Positions 26,801-37,589 of a DNA stretch of 64,000 nt are shown one piece after another (the stretch's first letter is position 1; the number at the start of each line of letters is the position of its first letter). This DNA comes from Sminthopsis crassicaudata. Its lineage: Eukaryota. The notes beneath the pieces were generated by a model, which saw only the letters and a program-made list of their open reading frames with translations, ran no database searches and had not been told where the DNA came from. The translations under genes and the position numbers were made by a program. Where the stretch lies: positions 63,502,454 through 63,566,453 of the forward strand of contig NC_133619.1 in NCBI RefSeq assembly GCF_048593235.1, written 5' to 3'.

Positions 26801-29800
26801 TTTCCCATTTGTACTTTTCACTAGTCTTTTTAATGTTTTTTTATTTTGAGTTCCAAATTCTTTCCCCTCTTCTAGACCCTCCTAATCCATTGAGAAGACA
26901 ATATGATAAACATTATACATGTGAAGAAATACAAAATATATTTCTATATTAATGTTAAAAAGAAAACAAAAAAATAATAAGCAAGAAGCATAAAGTGAAA
27001 AAAGTATGCTTCAATCAGTTCTCTCTGTTTGTGAATAGGATTTTTCATCATGGGTCCTTTGGAACTGTCTGGGTTCACGTACCAGCTAATCACTGCACTA
27101 TATACAATGTTTTCCTGGTTCTGCTCATTTTACTTTCATCTGTTCAAGTTAAATCTTCCCATGTTTTTCTGAAACCATCCCGTTCATCTTTTCTTATAAT
27201 ATGATTGTATTCTATTACAATCATATACAACTGGTTCAACTATTTCCCAATTGATGGGGATCTTCTCAATTTTCAATTCTTTGCTACCATAAAAAAAAAA
27301 AAACTGCTCTAAATATTTTTGTACTTATAGGTCCTTTTCCTTTTTCTTTAACCTCTTTGGGATAAAGACCTATCAGTGATATTGCTGAATCAAAGAGTGT
27401 ATAGTTTTATCACCTTTTGGGTATAATTCTCCAGAATGGTTAAACTATTCACAACTCCATCAATGGTATACTGGTTTCCCTATTTTTCCACATCCCCTCT
27501 AGTATCTATCAATTTCCTCTTCTATCATGTTAATTAATCAGATAGCTGCTAAGTGTTATCTAAGAATGGTTTCAATTTGCAATAACCTAATTATTAGTGA
27601 TTTAGAGCATTTTTTCATATGATTATTGATAACTTTAATTTTTTCTGAAAATTGCTTGTTCATGCCATTTGTCAATTGGAGAATGATCGATATTTTTAAT
27701 AAAATTAGCCCAGTTCCTTATATATTTGAGACCACTAACTTCTAAGATAAGAGTTGCTAGGTAATAGAGCCACTCCACTCACACTATGGAACATAAGCAC
27801 TGGCACCCTCTATTCCATGCCCTTCTCATTGTTGGCAGATGAAGACTCCTTCTTATAAATTCCATAAACCCCTGGGCATGAGAGTTTCCATGCTTCTACT
27901 CTATTAAATAGGAGAACTATGCAGGAAAATTTCCATGGTTATACTCCTCATTATGGCAGAGCTGGCCAGCAGGGTCTCCATGGTTATATTCCTTACTATG
28001 GCAGAGTTGGACAGGAGGTTCTCCATGGTGATACTCCTCACTATGGCAGCAGGGTCTCCATGACCTTACTTTATACTATGGCAGAGCTGGGCAGGAAGTT
28101 CTCCATGGTTATACTCCTCACTATGGCAGAGCTGGGCAGCAGAATTTCCAGTCATACTTTATACTATGGCAGAACTGGGAAGGAGGTTCTCTATGGTGAC
28201 ACTCCTCATTATGGCACAAGGGTTTCCATGGTTACATTCCTTACTATGGAAGAGCTGAGCAGCAGGGTCTCCATGGTCATACTTTATACTATGGCAGAAC
28301 TGGGCAGGAGGTTCTCCATGGTTACATTCCTCACTATGGCAGAGTTAGACAGGAGGTTCCCCATGGTGATACTCCTCACTATGGCAGAGCTGGGCATCAG
28401 GACCTCCATGGTCATACTTTATACTATGGCAGAAGGGTCTCCATGGTTACACTCTACACTATGGCAGAGCTAGGCACAAAGATCTCCATAGCTACACTCT
28501 GTTCTAGAGCAGAGCTGAGCAGGAAGACTCCATGGTTATACTCCTCACTATGGCACTTACATTCCACACTCTATAACTTACCCAGGAGGTAAGACCTGAA
28601 GCCGGAGGACCAGAAGGGAAAGAAGATGAAGGGTAGCTTCGGCAGCCTCTTCTGGATCCATAACATCTACCTGTCAGAGAAAGCAGGAACTCAGGATAAG
28701 CAATTGCATCAAGATGCCTGGACTCCCAAGGAGTGTCTTCCCACCTTGGTGCTACTTACCTTACCCTGCACCAGCAAAAGTAGTGACTCTAAGGCCACGG
28801 GCTCTTGGTCTAAACGCCTGCAGAGATTTTCACTGACATGACAGCAAGCATATAGTACCTGGGGAGATATATGGAGCAGCTTATCATTCAAATGACAGGA
28901 TGCTCAAGCTGAAGGACCAGCCACCCTGTTCCATCCTTGTGCTCCTGGCCCTGGCCCCATAGCTTATAGTAGATGTCTATATTATAAAGTATGCTGAGAG
29001 GATGGGGGAAGGATTGGGAAAAAGAGAAGAATTTTGTCTAAAATCCAGTGGGGATATCTATTTGGGAAATATTTTAAAATAGAATCCCCTCATGGATCTG
29101 TTTTTCATATGGGTCTCAGGTAGTATTATAGTAGGACTAGGCAATTTTCAATGGTACAAAAGTAACCAATACCTTGAGCAGATGCAGGGAAAGAGAGGGA
29201 TGCTGCAGGCTGGAGAAAAGGTATGGCCGAAGCTGACTGCCTTCTTCTGTCAGCTGATCTGCCAAATACCTGGAAACCTGAAGGTCACATTATAACCATG
29301 CTTTATGAATATATGTACACTCCCTTGGATTCACATCTTCTTTTAATTCCTTTCTAACCCACCTGTTGCCTTCCCTTGGCACTCCAGAAATAGAAAGCCA
29401 AAAACCACAATCCAGTTCTTCCCCATGAGGGAGAGGGAAAACCCAACATGGAACATGTGTTTTGAAGCCTTAGGGAAATAAATCAGTGGGACTGATGATT
29501 GAATGTGGGATTACTTTCATATTTTACAGGATGGGAAATTTATCACTGATCTGTGGCCATCTCAAATCTCCCCTCTCCGTCATTCAGAGATAATTGGGCT
29601 AGGGGGAATCCTGAGGAATCACTGTTTCACATCCCACAAAAGGCTCCATAATAAAGGCATTCAGTGAGCAGTGTTAAGAAGGCCAGAGGACCAACGCCAA
29701 GTTAGGCAGGGGAGACTGGAGTCAGAATTCCCTGGAAGTTGGATCAGGACCCTCCAATAAGGAGGAAAGGCGACCATCAAAGCACCTACTTGTTCTTTGG

Positions 29801-32800
29801 AATCCCAGCAACCAGGCAGCCCCACTGGGAGAGTGCAGATAGCAGCAAGTGCTGTTGCAAAGGCCCTGGGCAGATCTTCATCCTGTTCCCTTAGTGGCTG
29901 GCTAACTTGTGGGGCACCTTCAATAGTCAAAGAAAGAAAGAATACAGAGGGGTTAGCCCATTCACCCTCCAGAGACAGAAAAACTGAGAAACCTGGGAAA
30001 AGTGGGAAGCTGAATGAGAAAGCTGAACGTCTACTTACCTGGTGGTGTGTGAAGAGGGAGTTGTGGGAGGGCCATCCCATGAAGGAGGCCATCCAGAACA
30101 GGCCTGTGAGTGGTCAAAAGGCTGGAATAGAAGGACTTGGAGATGCTGAGGCTGCTGCCATCCATCGTCTTACACAAATCAGTGAAGCACTGGGGGAAAG
30201 AAAAGTTAGGGTAGTTTGAGAGGAGTCCTGCTTAAAGCAACTGGTCAATGACTCCAATCACAAATGGTGGTCTGTGGTCCCTCCTGCCTGGGAGACAATA
30301 GGTACCAATGACTGGGAGCCTGGCACAGAAGTTACCCTGCAGACACCCCGTGCTACCCGTAAACAGGCAGCACTGAGTTTGGGGCCTTCCGCACCTATCC
30401 TGAAGACAAAAAAGCCGTGTTTGTCAGGGTAAAGAAAAGCTTACAAAAGAAAAACTAAATAAATATTGAAAAGCTCCAACAGTTTGTTTTCTTATAATAG
30501 ACTTATATGATTTGTAATTTATTCCATTTTAATAATTCAGGCTCTTTCAATAAAAGAAAAGCTATGGAGAACAGACTATCAAGGCTCTCACTTGACTCGG
30601 GTTTAAGATCTTAAGACTCTGAAAAGTTTCCATTTACAGCAAGAGAATGTAAGGTTTTAAGTTATACCTGAAGAACTTGGCTTTGAAGCACGAGAGATAC
30701 ACAAGGAAGCCTTGGCACCTCTTTCTTTGTGATCTTTAAGAAGAAAAGGGCTAGCTTCTCAGGTAAGATCATTTAGAACTAGCTGGAGAAAAGAAGATCA
30801 TTTAAATGGCCTTTTGAAGTATCTTCTGCTAGAATGAGGATTTGGGGTTGGAGCCAATGTAGCCAAAGAAAAACAAGAGTTGAGAAAAACCTTAAGGAGG
30901 AGGACTGGGCAGGACAGCAGGAAAAATACTAATCTAGGGAATGGGGCCAAATTACCATAAGACCATCCCTGCGCAAGGTCTGCTCAGCATCATCAGGCTG
31001 GGCCAGCAGCTTTCCCAAAAGGTTCAAGAAAAGGTTGGCTGCCTCCTGAAATACCTGGAGGCTAAAAGGAATAAGCCTCTGTTAGCTAAGGGCAGTTTCC
31101 ATCTACTCGCTGAAGGCTCTGGTTCTCCCCTGTACCCCCTAGCCATTTTTCTCAAGCTATTGCAAAGCTTGGTTTCAGAGGATTTCCTAATAATTAGAAA
31201 AGACATCCCCTCAAATGCTACAGGTAGTTCTGGAAGGAACTCTAGGATCATTCTCGTGAGGACCCAGTAATGTGTTCCCCTGCTCCCAACAACATAATAG
31301 CCAGAATTCATCTAAGGCTTTAAGGGTTGCATGTATTATCTCACTGGATCCTCACAACTGTCCTGGAAGGGAGATTCTATTATTCTCCCCATTTTACAGA
31401 TGAAGAAACTGAGGCAATCAAAGATGAAGTGGCTTGCCCATAATCACACAGCTGGGAAGGAGCTGAGGCTGAATTTGAACTCAGATCTTCCTGACTCCAA
31501 GCTCTGTGCATTGCTCCATTCAGTTTTCTAGTTCATGCGAATCTTTTGGTGCCATAATCTCTTTGGTTTACAAAGGTTTGGACATATGCCAGGAGTATCT
31601 CTATGTCTCTGGCCTCTTAGGATTTCCAGCTAGAATCTCAGAGATGTCACTCACTGTATTCTAGCTGCTGTGTATCTTTCCCCGTACTCTTCCCTGTAGT
31701 TCTATGGGTGTACAGGGCAGGGAATCAGGCTGAAGAATGGTCAGAGGACAGGGGAAGCTACATCTCCCACTCCCTTTTCCCCATACCTTCAACCAACCTA
31801 CCTGTCCCCTGTCTGGTTTTTCTCCAGGTTGAAGTTGCTGGCAAAGTAGGCCTGGATTGTAGCCACCAGGTCCCTCAAGAAAGTTCCACACCAGGGCTGC
31901 TGCCAGGGAAGAGAAGGATTAAAGTAGAGACAGAGATCAAGAAGAAACAGACAGACAAACAAACCTAGGAGAAAGGAAGAAAAGAACAGGTTCACAGCAT
32001 CATGGACAGAAAGCTCTACAGGACTTCAGCACTTCTCTAGCACTCTCCCATTTTACAGAGTAAACAGAGGCCCAAACAGTGAATGACTTATCTAAGATCG
32101 CAAAGATAGTACCAGAGCAGAGATGCACCCTCAGGTCCTCTGTCCTCTTTTCCATCTCATCCGATACTAAAGACAGAGCACAAGAGGGCAAAGAGAAGGG
32201 GGACAGAGCAAGGGCAGTGGTCAGAAGGGTCCTGGGGGCAGAGGGCTTCTCTGTGAGCAGGTATTCACCTGTTGGATGCTAATGCTGCTCTGACTGTGTC
32301 TGAGAAGGTTCAGCAGGAGGCCGGGAAGCCCGGCTTCTCGGCAGAAGGCGTACAGCAGACTTGAGTCACTGCAGGAGATCAGGAGGCTTTTTACAACACG
32401 GAGGGCAGGGAGCAATCGGGAAGCCCCATCCAGGATGCCCTCGAGGACCTAGGAGATATCAGGGGAGAACAAGTATTTAAAAAATATTATCTGTGATAAA
32501 AGGAGGGACCCAGAATATCCCTAAAGGAGAAATGGACAAAGACCAAGGATCTCCTCATTTCCCTCTGACCTCTGAATCATGGGCATGGAATATGGACAGA
32601 ATAAACTATATGAGCCCAGTTCCCCAAGGGGACCCCTCAAGATCATATTCCCCATCCTCTCACTGCTTCCCTCCATCTCATTCTCCAATCCATCACTTCC
32701 AGTTTCTCTGGGATGCTTGGCTGTCCCACCCTGGACTCTCCTCTACCTGCCCACCAGCGCCATGGAGCTGGTTCTGGACACGCTGGCAGAAGTCAGGGTT

Positions 32801-35800
32801 GCAGAGCAGGGTGAGGGGGGCTTTCAGCTGGAAATTTGAAGGTGCTGTGGGCTCCAGCAGGTGCTGCCACTCATTATCACTGTCCGGCTCCTGGCCCAGA
32901 GAAAAGGAAAGGGGAGGAAAGTATGGCTTGGAGCCTGAAGGAACATCAGCTGGAGACTTCCCCAGGCAAGAAGTCAGTCATCAGCATCTCACCTCGGGCT
33001 CCAAGGTCACGACATTCATGTTCTCCTCAGCTTCTCGCTTTAGTTCTGGGAATGGCTGATCATATTCCTGGGTGACCTGGGGTTCCCTGTCCAGGAAGAT
33101 GCTGAAGAAATTGAGTTCCAGTACTGGGAGGCTCAGGGTACAAGAACCATCCCCTCCCCAATAGCCCTAAATGGGAAGAGGAGCCTTACATACATGCAGA
33201 TGAAGTCCAATAGATGACACAGAAAAAGATAACACAAATTTTGCAATAAGGTACTGTAAACATCCCATAAGAGAGAAAAAAAATCAGACTTCTTCTCTGG
33301 TGCAAAGTAAGGGTCAAAAAATTTTACATAGATTTTTTTAGATTACAGGGGTGCTGCACTCCTACCTCCCACAAAAAAGGGAAAACTAGTTAATCTTCTG
33401 ATGGAGAGAATTTTTTTCCCTTTCAGTTGGGAATCCTGAACCACAAAAGCCCCCTTTACAAAATTAGTGCTAAGAACAGGAAATCTTTCCTATTATGTAT
33501 ATTAGTATCTTAGCCATCATATCTTCAGTATCAGATTTGTTTCTATTATGTTTCTATCTATATGTTCTCTTAGGATATAAGAAGTTTATAAGATAAACTT
33601 TTATCTTTATAACTCCCTGTGTAATATGATACTCTCTACATGATATTCACTTAATAAATACTTGTTACTTGAAAAAAAAAAAATTAGTGCTAAGAGCTGG
33701 TGACCACCCAGAGCTTCCTCTACTCCCTCAGGGCAGGGCCAACAATGCCCCCTTACCGGGTAGGAAGGGGAGGCTCACTTGCCACCCAATTCGCCCACTC
33801 ATTCTTGTCCTCTGGGGAAGAGGCTCCAGATGAGAGGTTGAGATCGTGAGAAGTAGCTCTCAGTCTGGACAGGAGGGCTGTCATAGGAACCGCCTTGCCT
33901 GCTTTGTCTACTTGCTCAAAAGGGACTCCAGGGTTTAGATGTTTCTATGGGAAGGAATTAGGTTACAGAGGCTTGGTCACTACAGGATATCATAGATCTT
34001 GTCCTACACCTTATTCAAATTCTAGAAATTCTTCTCCAATTTCCCATCACTAGCCCACTCTGACCCTCTCCAACACGAAAGACCTGGACTTCACCTCTGC
34101 CCCAAATACCTTCTGCCTGGCCTCCTCAGTCATCCGCTTCCGGGCCTGGCGCAAAATACGGGACTGACCCGACTTGGGGGCCAGCCAGTGTGCCTGTTCT
34201 TCCTTGAGAATCTGAAGCTCTGGGGGTAGTCGGCTGGTGAATGGGGTTCCCAGATCAGAAGTCACTGATTCGGAGGTCACTGTGGGGGAAAGTCGGAGAG
34301 AGTGCCATGCTAGAACTCACAAAGAGCAAAATGATGGCCGGAGCCCCAGCCTACAAAGATTTGAGGAAGACAAGGGAATAAGAGGCTGGTATAAAAACAA
34401 AGGGTTCCTTTCCCACTCTGAGAATCTGGGATCATTGAGTGATGGAATTCAGGGAATGAGATCCTGCAGATGGAACAGAGCTCACCGGTGACTCGGCCAG
34501 CAATGAATGGATGGTAGAGGAGCTCAGGCCAGGCCAGCCGCTGACGAGGATCCTTGGTGAGCAGTCCCTGCAGGAAACTCTGTGGGGAAAACACTCCATC
34601 GCTCCCCTCTTTTGCCTTTAGCATCCTTCTTCCCAACCCAGGAACACTCTATCTTCTTCCCATGCTTGGAAAGTGCTTCCCTTCAAAGTCCTAGTTTCTT
34701 TTCAGGGTCAGGCTACCTTTGAAATGAGCATTTTTATTCTTGGCTATCCTCCCTTTGCCTCGACTGGCTGCTCGTGTCATCTCCTCCAAGTTTGCTTCAT
34801 GCCTGATTTAGATTTGTTTGGGATATATATTTTTCACCCCCATTCTAGATTCCCTGAGCACAGGGAGTTTTACTTCTGTCTCTGTACAAAGTGATGGCTC
34901 AATAAATGTGAAACTGATTATTTCTCCAGAAGCTGAGCTGCTCTGGGTCACATCCCTGCCATCCAATCTCGATGAGCCTTATTTCTGTTTTTAGAAATTA
35001 AAGACTTTCTAGATCTTGACATGTCAAAGAGGAGCCTTGATTCTACAGTCTCAGGAGATCATGACAACCCTCAGAATAGTACCTGCAAATCATGTTCACC
35101 TTCAACAATTCATCAATGCCAAATGATTTTTTTTTCACATTCTGTCCCAAATCCAGAAAATGGAATTGGGAAAAAGAAGGAAAATGGATTTCCAGGAAAG
35201 ATCCTCTGTGCCCCTGCCTTCCCTTCCCTTCTCCCCACTTTACCTTACCCATATTCCCCACCTTAAAGCACTGGCTTATTGTTGGCGGCCATCGCACCGG
35301 GTCCTTTAAGATGAGGCTGACGAGTTGGAAGATGCTGGTGGTGTAGAAGGGTGGCGTGCCCACAGCCAGCTCATAAAGGATGCAGCCCACGGACCACAAA
35401 TCCGCAGTGTGGTCGTACGGGCGCTCCTCCACCAGCTCTGGGGACATGTACAACGGCGTGCCTTTGATAGACGTCAGCACCATCGTATTTGTACTCATGG
35501 CACGAGCAAAACTGGGAGACAGGGTGGGGGAGAGGATTAATGGCATAAGGTGAGAAGCTGCGCAAGAAAAGTCAAACCCATTCCAAACTAAGCCAAGAAA
35601 ATGTCTCTAACCGTAATCCAAACCCTTCTCATTCCCACTCAGCCAAACTGCTCCCCCAAGCACCTGGCTCCCAAGACTCCAGAAAAATCCCCCCTGCACC
35701 GGCCCCAGGCCTCCACTCAGACCCTTTATCCCCTTTATCTACCTAACCAAGCCATCCGCTGCGGGCCTTGTCTCCCTCCCCCCAGAGCAGCCCTGGGGGC

Positions 35801-37420
35801 CTGGGATCCCCACCCAAAGTCGCAGAGCTTGATGCCGCCACCCTTGGCCAGAAGAATGTTCTGGGGCTTCATGTCGCGATGCAGGATACGATGGGAGTGC
35901 AGGTAGTAGAGGGCCGATACCAACTGAGCCGCGATGGCCTGGACCTGGAGATCGACCAGCCAGGGAGGGAGAGGATGGAGAGAGGGAAGCAGCAGCCTGC
36001 GGCTGGCCACTCTCCGCGCCGCCCTATGACCGCTCCTCTGCCCTCGTTACCGCCCCCTTAAGCTTCTCTTGTCCACCCCCTTTCTGCTCCTTCACTCCCA
36101 GGAGCACAGCTCTGCTAAAACCCCTTACTCCATGGCTTCCAAGACAACATTCAGTAAGGCAGATAGCGAGAAGCCCAGGAATTACAACATTCAAGATGAA
36201 GACTCAGGCAACCTAGAGACGATAGGGACAGACAGGAATCCCCCTCTTCCCTCGCAGTCTTCTTAGGACATCATCAGCCTCTTCAGACCAGCCCCTCTCT
36301 AAGGCTACTCAAATAACACAACTCCATTCCACACTGCCCGGTGGACCGGTCCTGACCAGTAGAAGGCTGTGCAGAAGACAGAGGAACTAACTAATCACAG
36401 CTACCTGGTCTTCGGGCAGCTTCCCATCGTCTTCTAGGATTTGAAAGAGCTCCCCTTCAGCGTAGTCTGTTACGACGACTACCTGCAGGGAGAATATAAG
36501 CACAGGGTTAATTCCAGGTTTAGAAATGGGAGACTCCTCCCCTCCGTGCTAGCTCCCGGGACCCCCACGGCAGGGTTTGGAGGAAGGGAAAGGACTAGCC
36601 TTCACTTACCTCTTTGTCAGTTTCAAAGCTGTCGAGCATCTGCACAATGTTGGGGTGCCTCAGACCCCGCATGATCTCTATTTCCCGCTGTAGATTCCTC
36701 AGCTCCTTTTCTGAGCGCCCCAACTTAGGGATGAACTTGAGAGCCACCACCTTCCCAAGGCAAGGGAAGAAGTCAGGGCCTTTCCTGAAAGGAGCCTCCC
36801 TCTTTGTTTTTGCTTTCAATAGCTCTTTCTTCGCACTCATTTTCAGCTCTCCAAAATACGGCTTCATGCAGCGTGAGTGAACGACTCTCATCATACGTGC
36901 TAGTTTCCTGCCTTCCTTCTCTCCCGGGGCTTTAGCCAGGTTTCCCATAACCCTCTCTTCAAAAAGCATCATCTCCCTGAAATGTGCCTCCTGCCTACTC
37001 TGTGCCCACCCTGGGGTCCTAAAGAGAAGGCCGTCCAGCAATGGTTCAAGTCTTAGCAGAAGATATTTGGAGACTCGAGGGAGAGGAAGAAGGGAAGGTA
37101 AGAGAAGTGTTAGGAGAAAGAGGCCTGGGGCTGCCATCTCTTTCTACCTTGAGTCTCTGAGCTCTCAACACTCAGAAAAAAAAAAAAAAAAAAAACAACT
37201 CCAATTTAGGACACGGACCCAACAAAAGGAGATCCTCTGTTGATGCTGGTTACCCTAAATAGTGCAAATTTTCTGCTTTCTTCCTTTTGGGGTGGCCTGA
37301 AATCCTTCAGGAAATATTCCTATTAAGTCTAAGTACCTGGGCACTGTATTTTTTTCGACCCTTGTACACTCTTCCAAAGGAGCCCTCGCCAATCATTTCT
37401 AGCACATGGTACTTCTCCAT
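17834..37420 (-). CDS. STK36: Serine/threonine kinase 36 (Fused homolog), 26 coding exons, 1310 aa
   Basis: N-terminus [21 protein letters not shown]; intact [15 protein letters not shown] and GTPLYMSPE kinase motifs; C-terminal HEAT/ARM-like region ending ...[13 protein letters not shown]. Hand-assembled exons, all GT-AG and in phase: 37420-37337, 36750-36610, 36482-36405, 35944-35814, 35511-35262, 34579-34486, 34279-34110, 33944-33757, 33086-32993, 32890-32747, 32448-32269, 31899-31802, 31061-30956, 30189-30039, 29917-29790, 29277-29173, 28858-28760, 28670-28582, 26715-26652, 26206-26096, 22704-22630, 22213-22042, 21370-21223, 21010-20863, 19389-18646, 17974-17834 (total 3933 nt). Confidence 0.97.
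19860..20320 (+). mobile_element. L1 3'UTR fragment in an STK36 intron
   Basis: gatgatcaactctgatcgatg...gtgaatgttgaaaactatctttgcatgtattttgaaaaataaaaagct; same family as 23061-23970. Confidence 0.85.
22985..25410 (-). mobile_element. L1 3' portion (minus), host of a nested L1
   Basis: Reverse-complement L1 ORF2 C-terminus (gctccagaatggttggatcagttcacaa, ccactttagatatggtac) with T-rich tail at ~22990. Confidence 0.85.
23061..23970 (+). mobile_element. 5'-truncated L1 nested in the tail of the minus-strand L1
   Basis: ORF2 end + 3'UTR + A-tail; 14-bp TSD AAAG(A/T)TACTTTTCA at 23047-23060 and 23971-23984. Confidence 0.88.
26830..27730 (-). mobile_element. L1 3' fragment
   Basis: Reverse-complement L1 ORF2 end/3'UTR motifs (tcccaattgatgggga, ctccagaatggtt). 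Confidence 0.8.
27920..28556. repeat. Diverged ~45-bp minisatellite, about 14-15 units, in an STK36 intron
   Basis: Unit ~CTCCATGGTTATACTCCTCACTATGGCAGAGCTGGGCAGGAGGTT; CCATGG recurs at 27933, 27978, 28023 ... ~28530, with some 35-bp deleted units. Confidence 0.93.
31310..31520 (-). mobile_element. MIR/Mar1 core-SINE
   Basis: cccattttacagatgaagaaactgaggca...cttgcccataatcacacagct...tttgaactcag. Confidence 0.75.
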
Positions 37421-37589
37421 TATCAAGGCTCCAGAGGTCTCCCAAGTCTGGAAGACAAAGTGTTGATCAAGCTCTGTAGCACCTAGGGCAATTCCAGGAG
37501 TCCTGGCAGTGCAGGGCAACCCAAAATTCAGATAAGAAGAAAGAGGGGGGGTCTGCCATTATTTCTTCTCTTAACCCTGGACCCTGACC

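Noticed and set aside
27919-28473. 184-aa plus-strand ORF antisense to STK36
   Set aside because: It lies entirely within the 45-bp repeat and changes peptide register at deleted units; no promoter or splice support.
36595-37137. 180-aa ORF suggesting an alternative STK36 N-terminus
   Set aside because: It is the real 141-nt exon plus open intron sequence; the upstream part has no kinase subdomain I and the canonical ATG exon is at 37420-37337.
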